Positions 16,549-26,082 of a stretch of DNA of 64,000 nucleotides are shown piece after piece (position 1 is the stretch's first letter; every line of letters begins with the position of its first letter). Both the position numbers and the translations under genes were made by a program. The stretch lies in NCBI GenBank assembly GCA_009924895.1, contig RFQR01000003.1, positions 1,066 to 65,065 on the forward strand. The letters run 5' to 3'. The notes under the pieces were generated by a model. It was not told the DNA's origin, did no database searches, and worked only from the letters and a program-made list of their open reading frames with translations. This stretch comes from a bacterium (GTDB lineage: Bacteria > Patescibacteriota > Minisyncoccia > Phycocordibacterales > UBA2100).

Positions 16549-17343
16549 CTACATCTTGAGTTCTATCGAAACAGGGCAATGATCAGAACCAAGAATATCA
16601 GGATGTATTTCCGCCTTTTTTACCGATTTTTTGAGCGAATCGGTGACAAAAAAATAATCGATTCTCCAACCCACATTACGCGATCGAGCGTTTCCAAAAT
16701 TACTCCACCAGCTATAGTGACCATTGCCCTTGTGGAACATGCGAAAAGTGTCCACAAAACCCGCTGCAATAATCTTATCGGCTCCCTCTCGCTCTTCTTT
16801 TGTAAAACCATGCTCTCCCTCATTTTGTTTTGGGTTTGCAAGGTCATCGGGCGTATGAGCAACATTTAGATCACCGCAGAAAATAACAGGTTTTTCACTT
16901 TGGAGCTGTTTGCAGTAGAGGAGGAAGGCTGGGTCCCAATGTTTATGACGCATCTCAAGTCGCGAAAGGTCTGGTTTCGCATTCGGTGTATAGCAATTCA
17001 CGATGACAAAATCCTCGTATTCTGCTGCGATAACCCTCCCTTCGGCATTCAAATCACCATAGTCGTCGCGGAGGCGAAACTTTTTCATGATTGTTTCAGG
17101 GAACCCAAATCGAACTGATACTGGTTTCACTTTTGAAAATATAGCGGTACCGCTATAGCCTTTCTTGGTTGCAGAGTTCCAGTATTCTTCATATTCAAGA
17201 AGATCGACCTCCGACTGGTGCTCCTGTGCCTTCGTCTCTTGGAGGCACAAAATATCGGGTTTCAGTTGTTCGACCGCGGGAGTGAAAAGTCCTTTGCGAT
17301 GCACTGCCCGTATACCATTTACATTCCATGAAACGAGTTTCAT
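16549..17343 (-). CDS. xth: Exodeoxyribonuclease III
   Basis: MKLVSWNVNGIRA...DILCLQETK...GDLNVAH...SDHCPV. Confidence 0.9.
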   Translation of the reverse strand: MKLVSWNVNGIRAVHRKGLFTPAVEQLKPDILCLQETKAQEHQSEVDLLEYEEYWNSATKKGYSGTAIFSKVKPVSVRFGFPETIMKKFRLRDDYGDLNAEGRVIAAEYEDFVIVNCYTPNAKPDLSRLEMRHKHWDPAFLLYCKQLQSEKPVIFCGDLNVAHTPDDLANPKQNEGEHGFTKEEREGADKIIAAGFVDTFRMFHKGNGHYSWWSNFGNARSRNVGWRIDYFFVTDSLKKSVKKAEIHPDILGSDHCPVSIELKM

Positions 17344-17359
17344 GCAATCATCCTACCAT

Positions 17360-18268
17360 TTATGCACGTCGTTTGCCGTGAAATTTACTGTGAACCTCGC
17401 GGAGGTGTTTGTCGGTCACATGGGTGTAGACCTGCGTCGTAGCAATATTAGCGTGACCGAGGAGTGCTTGGACACTGCGCAAATCCGCACCATTCTCGAG
17501 GAGGTCCGTCGCAAACGAGTGGCGAATGACGTGTGGCGTGACTTTGCGCGTAATACCAGCCTTTATCGCATACTGTTTTACCATACGCTCTACCGAGCGG
17601 GTGGTAAGACGTTCAGGTTCTTTTTTACGCGATCCTTTACCGTAGCCAACGAAGAGCGCATCGCTTATGTCGCCACGCTTGTCGAGATACTTTTTAATTG
17701 CATGTTTCGCGGCAGGGGAGAGAAAGACAACGCGCACTTTTTCGCCCTTGCCTCGCACCGAAAATTCATCGCGTGACAAATCAAGATCATTATTGAGCGC
17801 ACACAATTCTGAGACGCGCAGTCCAGTAGAAAAAAAGAGTTCGAGAATAGCGCGATCGCGAAGCGCGGGAAGCTCCTCGCCCTGCGGCCCTTTCATGAGG
17901 CGGTCTAACTCTGCTGCGGTAATAAGATCGAGGTCGCGCGCGCCGATTTTGGCAAGTTCTATCTTTTCCGGATTGAGTGACGGAATCTCGAGTTTTCGTA
18001 GGTATTTGAGAAACGCACGTAGCGCAATTAAGTAATAGTTTTGCGTTTTGCGCTTCATTTCTCCTGAAACACCTTTTTGGCGATTAAGCCATGTGCGAAA
18101 CTCACGTACATTCGTTTCTGTTATATCACTTGGTTTTTTGACAGGGGAGTGCTCAAGAAAACGCTCTAAGTAGTGTTGGTAGTTCTCAACGGTTTTTACC
18201 GAGCGACCTTTTTCGATTTCGAGATATTCAAGGAATTGTCGGGTGAGGCCGCGCACATCGCTTACCAT
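17360..18268 (-). CDS. Tyrosine recombinase XerC/XerD family
   Basis: The catalytic HVIRHSFATDLLENGADLRSVQALLGHANIATTQVYTHV (R..H..Y) and an N-terminal SAM-like domain. Confidence 0.85.
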   Translation of the reverse strand: MVSDVRGLTRQFLEYLEIEKGRSVKTVENYQHYLERFLEHSPVKKPSDITETNVREFRTWLNRQKGVSGEMKRKTQNYYLIALRAFLKYLRKLEIPSLNPEKIELAKIGARDLDLITAAELDRLMKGPQGEELPALRDRAILELFFSTGLRVSELCALNNDLDLSRDEFSVRGKGEKVRVVFLSPAAKHAIKKYLDKRGDISDALFVGYGKGSRKKEPERLTTRSVERMVKQYAIKAGITRKVTPHVIRHSFATDLLENGADLRSVQALLGHANIATTQVYTHVTDKHLREVHSKFHGKRRA

Positions 18269-18552
18269 GCCGTGATTGTACCAGTGACCCTCTCTCCATG
18301 CACTTGACTTACTGTAGTGGTGGACAATGCCTCGCTGCTTTGCAACGAGATAGAGGGCAAAGCTGTTTTATGTACTGATCTCTGACAAAAAGCACATAGA
18401 AAACTGCTATTATGATGATATCGATGAATTTGAGCGCTCTAACTCATTCGAAAAAATTCCTCTCTCGCCAGAATTTTTCGAGCTCATGATTGAGTATGCA
18501 GATAACGTCGTTTAATTCTATCGAGTCAAGATCTGGCTCAAAAAACTATGTT

Positions 18553-19686
18553 TCATTTAAAATACTTTTTCTTTTTCAGTTTTTCGGGCAAATAGCTTTC
18601 TCCGTCATACATTTCATAGTCTTTGCCGTACTTCAAATCTTTCATGAGTTTTGTTGGTGCGTTACGGATTTTAAGCGGAATGGGGAGGGGGCCATATTTT
18701 TTCACATCTTCTTGCGCGGCACGCAGTGCGTCATATGCGCTCCTGTCTTTTTTACACCGAGACAAATAGGCAGCACCGTGAGCAAGGTTGATTGCAGCTT
18801 CGGGGTAGCCAACGGTTTCAACGGCACGAAATACCGCGTTTGCAACGACGAGCGCAGTCGGTTGCGCAAGCCCGACATCCTCAGAAGCAAAAATAACCAT
18901 GCGACGCGCGATAAAAATCGGATCTTCTCCTGCCTCAACCATACGCGCTAAGTAGTACATCGCCGCATCTGCTTGCGACGCGCGCATTGATTTAATAAAC
19001 GCAGAGATGGTGTTGTAGTGCTCTTCACCTTTTTTGTCATACCGAAAGAGGTTGGTTTGAAGGGCGTTTTTTAGATTTTCAACAGTTACTTCACCGTACA
19101 GCTTTTGCGCCGTCTCGAGCGCAGTGAGCGCCATGCGAGCATCACCATGAGCAAAACCGGTCAGCCATTCAAGTACATCCTTTTTTATTGGCACACAAGA
19201 GCGCTTAATAACTTTTTTTAATTCTGCATCAGAAAGTTCGTTGAGTACAAAAACACGGCACCGTGAGAGAAGCGGTGCAATAATTTCAAACGAAGGGTTT
19301 TCTGTCGTCGCCCCAATAAACGTTACATCGCCTCGTTCAACAAATGGTAATAAAAAATCTTGCTGTGCTTTATTGAAGCGGTGGATTTCATCAATAAAGA
19401 GAACCTTGGGCTTTTTGCTGAGTAACTGACCTCGCCCCAACACTTTTTTTATGTCATCTTTTCCCGCATCGACGGCGGAAAGTTCGAAAAATTCCGCATC
19501 AACAGCATGCGCGTATATACGAGCAAGCGTCGTCTTACCGCACCCTGGCGGACCCCAGAGCACAAACGAGAATAACTCTTTCTTCTCGATTGCTACACGA
19601 AGAGGCTTTCCTAGTCCAACGAGATGATCTTGGCCAACAAATTCGTGCAACACTTCTGGACGAATTCGAGAGGCGAGGGGTTCCAT
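18553..19686 (-). CDS. rarA: Replication-associated recombination protein A (AAA+ ATPase MgsA/RarA)
   Basis: PLASRIRPEVLHEFVGQDHL...LWGPPGCGKTTLA...ILFIDEIHRFNK. Start at MEPLASR; the ORF-track TTG extension was discarded. Confidence 0.85.
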   Translation of the reverse strand: MEPLASRIRPEVLHEFVGQDHLVGLGKPLRVAIEKKELFSFVLWGPPGCGKTTLARIYAHAVDAEFFELSAVDAGKDDIKKVLGRGQLLSKKPKVLFIDEIHRFNKAQQDFLLPFVERGDVTFIGATTENPSFEIIAPLLSRCRVFVLNELSDAELKKVIKRSCVPIKKDVLEWLTGFAHGDARMALTALETAQKLYGEVTVENLKNALQTNLFRYDKKGEEHYNTISAFIKSMRASQADAAMYYLARMVEAGEDPIFIARRMVIFASEDVGLAQPTALVVANAVFRAVETVGYPEAAINLAHGAAYLSRCKKDRSAYDALRAAQEDVKKYGPLPIPLKIRNAPTKLMKDLKYGKDYEMYDGESYLPEKLKKKKYFK

Positions 19687-19756
19687 ACCATGAGTATACG
19701 CAGCTATGCACTGTCCACAATTGCACACTCTCAAATTGGCAGTATCATGAACCAAT

Positions 19757-20275
19757 ATGAATAAGGTACTTATCGCATCTTTTGCCGTTGTTATTATTGC
19801 GCTTCTCGGCGGCGCGTATTATTACTTCTCACTATCCTCAGGAGCTGCATCTCAAAACAACCAAAACACTTCTGCCCAAACTCCTGCGGCAGGTGACAAG
19901 GTAGAAGCGCAGGAAGTGAAAGTCGGGACCGGGGCAGCAGCCGTCCCCGGAACTTTCGTTTCAGTCTTGTACGAAGGTAAGCTGGAAAATGGCACAACCT
20001 TTGATAGTTCCGCTGCACACAACAATGAGCCGCTTGTATTTGAACTAGGGACCCAGGGTCTCATTCCCGGGTTTCAAATTGGCGTCAACGGCATGAAAGA
20101 GGGTGGCGAACGCGTTATCGCTATTCCACCCGCACTCGGCTATGGGGACAAGGACGTGAAAGACCCTTCAGGAAAAGTCATTATTCCTGCTAATTCCAAG
20201 CTTATTTTCGCTCTGAAACTCATAAAAGTTGAGCAGAAGCCAGCGAACGCCTCCTCGACCTCGGTTAAGAAGTAA
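19757..20275 (+). CDS. FKBP-type peptidyl-prolyl cis-trans isomerase, membrane-anchored
   Basis: N-terminal TM; VSVLYEGKLENGTTFDSS...GFQIGVNGMKEGGERVIAIPPALGYG. Confidence 0.8.
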   Translation: MNKVLIASFAVVIIALLGGAYYYFSLSSGAASQNNQNTSAQTPAAGDKVEAQEVKVGTGAAAVPGTFVSVLYEGKLENGTTFDSSAAHNNEPLVFELGTQGLIPGFQIGVNGMKEGGERVIAIPPALGYGDKDVKDPSGKVIIPANSKLIFALKLIKVEQKPANASSTSVKK

Positions 20276-20294
20276 TTATGGCGTAACTACACGA

Positions 20295-20320
20295 AAAAGG
20301 CGCATACTTGTGCCTTTTTT
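20295..20320 (+). terminator. Intrinsic terminator after the FKBP gene
   Basis: aaaaaggcgca-tacttg-tgcctttttt. Confidence 0.55.
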
Positions 20321-20343
20321 GTGTGTATGGTATACTCCCAGAC

Positions 20344-20610
20344 ATGTTAACCAAGCGAAAGAAGGCAAACGCGACAAAAACCGTTCAGCGCCATGACACC
20401 GACACGGGTTCTCCTGAGGTGCAGGTAGCGCTTTTGACACGCCGGATTGAAGAGCTTTCTTCCCATTTGGACAAAAATAAGAAGGATAAGCATTCGCGTC
20501 GCGGTCTTTTGGGTCTCGTAGCGCAGCGCCGATCCCACTTGTCATATCTCGAAAAGACCAACAAGCGTGCGTATAACGCAGTCTTGAAAGAAGTTGGGCT
20601 CAAGAAATAG
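20344..20610 (+). CDS. rpsO: 30S ribosomal protein S15
   Basis: MLTKRKKANATKTVQRHDTDTGSPEVQVALLTRRIEELSSHLDKNKKDKHSRRGLLGLV. Confidence 0.9.
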   Translation: MLTKRKKANATKTVQRHDTDTGSPEVQVALLTRRIEELSSHLDKNKKDKHSRRGLLGLVAQRRSHLSYLEKTNKRAYNAVLKEVGLKK

Positions 20611-20646
20611 GCACTAGCCACTCGTGGATAGGGTATAGTGTAGAAT

Positions 20647-21006
20647 ATGCAGAGCTATCGAGAGCTTTTGGTATGGCAAAAAAGTATCGAATTGGTGGCA
20701 GAAATTTATAAATTAATATCACATTTTCCAAAATCAGAATTATTTGCATTAACCACCCAGGTGCGTAGAGCAGCTGTTTCAATACCATCAAACATTGCCG
20801 AGGGTTATACCCATAAGCATAAGGCAGAATACATTCAGTTTTTACGAATCGCATTCGGTTCAGGCGCAGAATTAGAGACACAACTTTGCATTGCGAAAAA
20901 AGTAGGACTTGCAGAAGAAAAACTTTTTATGATTTCTGATGGGCTCTTATCTGAAGTAATGCGCATGTTAAACAAATTACAATCATCCCTAGTGGCAAAA
21001 CCCTAG
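20647..21006 (+). CDS. Four-helix-bundle protein (23S rRNA intervening-sequence protein family)
   Basis: YRELLVWQKSIELVAEIYKLISHFPKSELFALTTQVRRAAVSIPSNIAEG is the family signature. Visibly AT-rich. Confidence 0.75.
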   Translation: MQSYRELLVWQKSIELVAEIYKLISHFPKSELFALTTQVRRAAVSIPSNIAEGYTHKHKAEYIQFLRIAFGSGAELETQLCIAKKVGLAEEKLFMISDGLLSEVMRMLNKLQSSLVAKP

Positions 21007-21026
21007 TGACTAACTATCTATAACTT

Positions 21027-21626
21027 ATGGCAATTATTAAACATTCTGAACAGCGCGTGGGCGTCTTTATCGATACACAAAACGTCTATCACAGCGCGAA
21101 AAACATTTATCATACTCGTGCAAACTTTGGCGCAATCCTGAAAGATGCGGTCGCGGGCCGCCGCCTCGTGCGTGCTCGTGCGTATTCAGTAACCACCGAA
21201 AGTGGCGACGAAACAGCGTTTTTTGACGCTTTGACAAAAATTGGTATTGAAATGCGCACCAAAGATCTTCAGGTCTTTTCGGGCGGCGCCAAAAAGGCAG
21301 ATTGGGACGTGGGTCTCGCCATCGATGCGATAACCGCATCACCAAAACTCGATACCGTTATCTTAATTACTGGCGACGGCGACTTTGTGCCACTCGTACA
21401 GTATTTACAGATGCACGCGGGTTGTCAGGTAGAAGTAGTCTCGTTTGGCCGTTCCACCTCCTCAAAACTGCGAGAAGCAGCCGATGACTTCCTCGACCTC
21501 GATGAGGAAGCGCGAAAATATCTCTTAAATTACCGACCCCTACGCCATTCACGCCGTGGAACGAGCCGCACTGAAGGAAGTGAAGAACCATCAACAATTG
21601 AGGTGTCGTTACCGCCGGAAGAATAA
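21027..21626 (+). CDS. NYN-domain (LabA/PIN-like) protein
   Basis: VGVFIDTQNVYHSA...DWDVGLAIDAIT...ILITGDGDFVPLV. Confidence 0.7.
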   Translation: MAIIKHSEQRVGVFIDTQNVYHSAKNIYHTRANFGAILKDAVAGRRLVRARAYSVTTESGDETAFFDALTKIGIEMRTKDLQVFSGGAKKADWDVGLAIDAITASPKLDTVILITGDGDFVPLVQYLQMHAGCQVEVVSFGRSTSSKLREAADDFLDLDEEARKYLLNYRPLRHSRRGTSRTEGSEEPSTIEVSLPPEE

Positions 21627-21639
21627 GTTTGAAACGTGG

Positions 21640-21984
21640 TTATCGAGTGATCTTGACTAGCCGCTCTCCATTTCCTTTGTCTTCGGATTCAACTTTGTAG
21701 CCAAAATCACTTTGGGCTTTTGCTAGCACTCTTTTGAAGGACTCTTCAAGTAGTCTTTGGCTATGACCTACCGTTCCGTCATCAATTGCATCAAACAAGT
21801 CTTTTGCGGCCTTATTTACCAAGATTGCAGAAGCCCATTCATCGTTTGAAACAATCAACTCAACTGTTTCTGTATTATTTCGCAAAAAATCAGTACCGCG
21901 CTCGATACTTTTTTGAACCAGAGGGTTTATTTTATCTGAACCTCCATCATTAAGTACATCAGGCAATAGGCATGTGAATACCAA
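21640..21984 (-). CDS. Hypothetical protein
   Basis: A 114-aa ORF with no recognisable motif. Confidence 0.3.
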   Translation of the reverse strand: MVFTCLLPDVLNDGGSDKINPLVQKSIERGTDFLRNNTETVELIVSNDEWASAILVNKAAKDLFDAIDDGTVGHSQRLLEESFKRVLAKAQSDFGYKVESEDKGNGERLVKITR

Positions 21985-22118
21985 CTACTGAAGAAATTGT
22001 ATCACGACAAAATCAGCATTTTGTGGTACTGTGTGGACATTAGAAGCAACCCCCAGATACGTAGATCTCCCGATAACGGAGACCTAAAATCTGGAGGTTG
22101 GTAAATTAAATAGTAATT

Positions 22119-24320
22119 ATGCAGAAAAAAGAGTATTCCCTTGAAATAGGAGGGAAGACAATGACCGCCGAGTTTAACGACTGGGCAAACCAAGCGAACG
22201 GTTCGGTTCTCTTGCGCTACGGCAACTCTGCCGTCCTCGCAACCGCAGTTATGGGTTCAAAGGAGTCAAATCTCGATTATTTCCCACTCTCTGTTGAATA
22301 CGAGGAGAAGTTTTACGCAGCGGGCGCAATTCTCGGTTCACGTTTTGTGCGTCGCGAAGGCCGCCCATCTGATGAGGCGGTCCTCTCAGGGCGCATTGTC
22401 GACCGTACCATCCGCCCCCTCTTTCCAAAGGGATTAAAGCGCGATGTGCAGGTCATCATCACCGTGCTCTCGCTCGAAGACTATGACCCCGATGTTCTCG
22501 CGGTTACTGCAGCGTCTCTCGCACTTTCTACTTCCAACATCCCATTTGGTGGACCGGTATCTGCCATACGCGTGGGACTTGAAGAGACTAGCGACAAATT
22601 CATAGTGAATCCTACTTACAAAGAGCGCGATGAGAGTGGTTCCCCTAAAGCAACGCTTGATCTCTTGGCATGTGGCAAAGACAATCTCATCAACATGATA
22701 GAAGTCGGCGCTCGTGAAGTTCCCGAGGACACACTCGAAAAGGCATTCACCTTTGCAAGTACCGAAATCGAAAAGATCCAAGGCTGGCAGAAGGGAATCG
22801 TCGCAGAACGCGGCATTGAAAAAGCTCCGTTTGTAAAACCAACTGATAACGAAGCTGTTACCGCACTCTGGATGAGTGAGATGGAACCAAAACTCCTCGC
22901 AACGGGCGGCGTGCTCGACAAAAAGAAACTCGGCGAGCTCAAATCTGATTGGCTGAAAATTGCAACCGAGAAAATGCCTGACGACGTGAAAGCTGCGGAT
23001 GGATACTACGAACACCGCCTCGACCAGTATGTTCACGACATCGCAATTGACGAAGGGAAGCGTGTCGACGGCCGCAAATTTGACGAGATTCGCTCACTCT
23101 ACGCACAGGCTGGCGGTGTCTCTCCTATGATCCACGGCACCGGCATCTTCTATCGTGGCGAAACACACGTCCTTGCAGCGCTTACGCTCGGCGGCCCAGG
23201 GGACGCGCAACTCGTCGACACTATCGAATACCGCGACACCAAGAAGACCTTTATGCTCCACTACAACTTCCCACCGTTTTCAGTGGGTGAGACAGGACGT
23301 ATGGGTGGTACCAACCGTCGCATGATTGGCCACGGCGCGCTCGCTGAGAAAGCACTGCGCGCCGTCATGCCAGAGAAAACTGATTTCCCGTATACAGTAC
23401 GTATCGTCTCAGAATGCCTCGCATCAAACGGCTCAACATCTCAGGCGACTATTTGTGCTGGCACGCTCGCACTCATGGACGCAGGTGTCCCTATCAAAGC
23501 CCCTGTTGCCGGTATTGCGATGGGTATGATGTCTGACCCGAAGCGAAATGCATACAAAGTGTTGACCGACATCCAAGGACCAGAAGATCACCATGGTGAT
23601 ATGGACTTCAAAGTTGCAGGCACCAAAGACGGTGTCACCGCGGTACAAATGGATGTGAAAGTAGAAGGCGTACCGCTTCCCGTACTCTTCGAGGCATTTG
23701 CGCAAGCAAAGAAAGCGCGCCTCCAGATTCTCGAAGCCATCACCAAGGAGATTGCAGCACCACGCCCACAACTTCCAACCCGTGCTCCAAAAATTCTTAC
23801 GCTCCAAGTCAAAGTGGACCAGATTGGTCTTGTTATCGGTCCTGGTGGCAAAACCATCAACGGCATCAAAGACCGCACCCAATGTGACGACATCACCATC
23901 GAAGAAGACGGTACCGTCTTTATTACCGGAAGCAACGGAACCGCAGAAGCAGCGCACAAAGAAATCTATGACCTCACCCGTGAATACATGGTGGGAGAGC
24001 GATTTGAAGGTGAGGTAGTTCGCATGATGGACTTTGGCGCCTTTGTTAAAATTGGTCCCAACACAGACGGACTCGTGCACGTCTCTGAAGTTGCACCATT
24101 TCGCATTGGCAACATTGCAGATGCCGTACAGATTGGTGATATTGTCCCAGTGGTCCTCAAAGAAATCGACGAAAAAGGGCGGTATAATCTTTCTATCAAA
24201 GCCGCTGATCCTGACTTTGCTGCTCGAAAGGGCTTGAAGCCACAAGAAGGCGGGGGAGACCGACATGACCGAGGAAACTTCAAACCACGACGCGACGACA
24301 AACCCTGGAGGGGAATCTAA
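22119..24320 (+). CDS. pnp: Polynucleotide phosphorylase
   Basis: Two RNase PH domains, a KH domain (IGLVIGPGGKTINGI), and an S1 domain. Confidence 0.95.
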   Translation: MQKKEYSLEIGGKTMTAEFNDWANQANGSVLLRYGNSAVLATAVMGSKESNLDYFPLSVEYEEKFYAAGAILGSRFVRREGRPSDEAVLSGRIVDRTIRPLFPKGLKRDVQVIITVLSLEDYDPDVLAVTAASLALSTSNIPFGGPVSAIRVGLEETSDKFIVNPTYKERDESGSPKATLDLLACGKDNLINMIEVGAREVPEDTLEKAFTFASTEIEKIQGWQKGIVAERGIEKAPFVKPTDNEAVTALWMSEMEPKLLATGGVLDKKKLGELKSDWLKIATEKMPDDVKAADGYYEHRLDQYVHDIAIDEGKRVDGRKFDEIRSLYAQAGGVSPMIHGTGIFYRGETHVLAALTLGGPGDAQLVDTIEYRDTKKTFMLHYNFPPFSVGETGRMGGTNRRMIGHGALAEKALRAVMPEKTDFPYTVRIVSECLASNGSTSQATICAGTLALMDAGVPIKAPVAGIAMGMMSDPKRNAYKVLTDIQGPEDHHGDMDFKVAGTKDGVTAVQMDVKVEGVPLPVLFEAFAQAKKARLQILEAITKEIAAPRPQLPTRAPKILTLQVKVDQIGLVIGPGGKTINGIKDRTQCDDITIEEDGTVFITGSNGTAEAAHKEIYDLTREYMVGERFEGEVVRMMDFGAFVKIGPNTDGLVHVSEVAPFRIGNIADAVQIGDIVPVVLKEIDEKGRYNLSIKAADPDFAARKGLKPQEGGGDRHDRGNFKPRRDDKPWRGI

Positions 24321-24346
24321 AGCACAAGTTTCAAGTGCTCCGTATA

Positions 24347-24381
24347 AACCCGCGCCCGGTATTCTGGGCGCGGGTTTTTTG
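24347..24381 (+). terminator. Intrinsic terminator after pnp
   Basis: aaacccgcgccc-ggtattct-gggcgcgggttttttg. Confidence 0.75.
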
Positions 24382-24468
24382 ACTCCTCCTCAGACGGTAA
24401 CAACTCCTCCGCCGACACCGGGAGAGACACCTCTCACCTTACAGACTATCGTACCTGAAAAAAGAAAG

Positions 24469-25488
24469 ATGCCCGATATGAAAGAAGATATTGCCCGCAT
24501 TCTCAAAGAGATACAGCTCCCTGAGCGGCGTGATGTGAAAAATACTCCCCCCGCTGTAGCGCCTACAGCACCCAGAGCAGTTCAACCACAGAGCGTGCCA
24601 CCCGAAAGGCAGGCCCCGCCAGAGCCGCTCGATGTGCCGCTGGTAAGTGGCATGCACACCTTAAAAGATGATCTTGTGCATGCCGCACGCGTACAAAATA
24701 TCACGGTTATTAAAGCGACGGCGCTCGAAGAACAAAAACGGCACCAAGAAAAGCCGAAAGATTTTGATAAAGCAGTGGCTCGTAGCAAAGTCTCGCCCGC
24801 GCTTACCGCGAGCAGCATTCTGTTCGTACTGGGTGTAGCCGCGCTTGTGGGCGTATACCTTGCAATGCCACAGGCGACCGAAACCACGGTCGCAGTACCT
24901 GACTCTCTCATGTTTGCGGAACAAACCGCACGCTTTCCTCTCAACCAAGAGTCTTCGTCTGACACACGTCGACTACTGTCGTCGCTGCGAAATCAAGGAG
25001 TAACACTCGGCGCCATGCTCCGCATTGCCGCAACGACCAATTCGTCTGGAGAAGACCGCCTTGCGAGTGCAGAAGAGTTCATTCGCTCCCTCGGGACGCA
25101 AGCGCCGGAGAGTTTCATGCGTTCGCTGCAGGGAATCCCATTCATCGGTATTCACTCAGTTGATCAAAATGCGCCAGTCTTGGTATTTAAAGTTTCATCG
25201 TACGAAAATGCATTTGCAGGAATGCTCTCGTGGGAAAAAACAATAAACCAGGATCTAAGTCCCTTCTTTACCGCGATTCCCGATACGGTGGTAAAAAATG
25301 GAGTACCAACCGTACGCACCTTTAGCGATGAGGTCATCAAAAACTATGACATTCGCGCACTGCGCGATGATAATGGAAAAATAGTTATGTACTATTCGTT
25401 TCCCTCGCGCTCTATTCTCATCATTGCCGAGAGCCCTTTTAGCTTCACTGAGTTACTCACACGTCTTCGTGCCCAGCGCGAGTTGTAG
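24469..25488 (+). CDS. Hypothetical membrane-anchored protein
   Basis: One TM helix (ILFVLGVAALVGVYLAM). Start chosen at MPDMKED, downstream of the pnp terminator. Confidence 0.45.
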   Translation: MPDMKEDIARILKEIQLPERRDVKNTPPAVAPTAPRAVQPQSVPPERQAPPEPLDVPLVSGMHTLKDDLVHAARVQNITVIKATALEEQKRHQEKPKDFDKAVARSKVSPALTASSILFVLGVAALVGVYLAMPQATETTVAVPDSLMFAEQTARFPLNQESSSDTRRLLSSLRNQGVTLGAMLRIAATTNSSGEDRLASAEEFIRSLGTQAPESFMRSLQGIPFIGIHSVDQNAPVLVFKVSSYENAFAGMLSWEKTINQDLSPFFTAIPDTVVKNGVPTVRTFSDEVIKNYDIRALRDDNGKIVMYYSFPSRSILIIAESPFSFTELLTRLRAQREL

Positions 25489-25511
25489 GAGAGACGCGCG
25501 CAGTCTATACT

Positions 25512-25889
25512 GTGCACATGAAAAAGAAACACTCTGCAGAACTTGATCAGGTACAGTTCGAAGAATTGCGCTCCATGCTCGAAGCTGAGCGTGATTCGCT
25601 TCTCGAAGAGCTTGCCACCTATGGCGTAAAAAAAGACGGTGATTGGCAAGGGTCTTCCCTGAGTCCAGAAGGAGAGGAAAGTGATCCCATTGATGCAGCT
25701 GATCAGATTGAAGAACTCTCGGTAAATGTGCCCCTTGTTGAAGAACTTGAAAAACGGTTGAAAGAAGTAAATGCGGCGGTAGCAAAAATGGAAAAAGGCG
25801 GGTATGGTATCGATGAGGACAGCGGAGAAGACATTCCGTTTGATCGCCTGATGGCAAACCCGGCAGCACGCACCAACGTGGAAGAATAA
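25512..25889 (+). CDS. DksA/TraR-family protein lacking the zinc-finger cysteines
   Basis: KGGYGIDEDSGEDIPFDRLMANPAART aligns to the DksA GxYGxCExCGxxIPxxRLxAxPxA segment, with Cys replaced by D/S. Confidence 0.55.
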   Translation: MHMKKKHSAELDQVQFEELRSMLEAERDSLLEELATYGVKKDGDWQGSSLSPEGEESDPIDAADQIEELSVNVPLVEELEKRLKEVNAAVAKMEKGGYGIDEDSGEDIPFDRLMANPAARTNVEE

Positions 25890-25904
25890 GTTACACAAGA
25901 TAAA

Positions 25905-25937
25905 ACAATGGCGCTAACCTCGGCGCCATTGTTTTCG
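25905..25937 (+). terminator. Intrinsic terminator
   Basis: aacaatggcgc-taacctcg-gcgccattgttttcg. Confidence 0.65.
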
Positions 25938-26082
25938 TAAAAAGAGAACCACTCCTGGGTAGGAGTGGCAGAACAAAAGGGCGGAGATAACAAAAGGCGT
26001 TGGGCCGCGAGACAAAGCGGTTGTATGACCTCATGCCCAGCGTTATCCCCACTGCCGTAGTTATACACCAGACTTACTTTGC

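Noticed and set aside
17360-18268. Xer-family tyrosine recombinase as the integrase responsible for the tRNA 3' end duplications
   Set aside because: It has typical XerC/D length and motifs. It sits among housekeeping genes 4-9 kb from the tRNAs, with no attached att-like repeat, so the sequence gives no specific link. I left it as an open possibility only.
23433-24266. 277-aa antisense ORF inside pnp, along with the antisense ORFs at 22434..23036 and 23588..23959
   Set aside because: They lie entirely within the well-supported pnp coding sequence on the opposite strand. This is a typical antisense artefact of a GC-balanced gene.
24265-24468. N-terminal 68 codons of the ORF-track version of the hypothetical gene downstream of pnp
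   Set aside because: This part overlaps the pnp 3' end and contains the pnp intrinsic terminator hairpin. The start was moved to the ATG at 24469.
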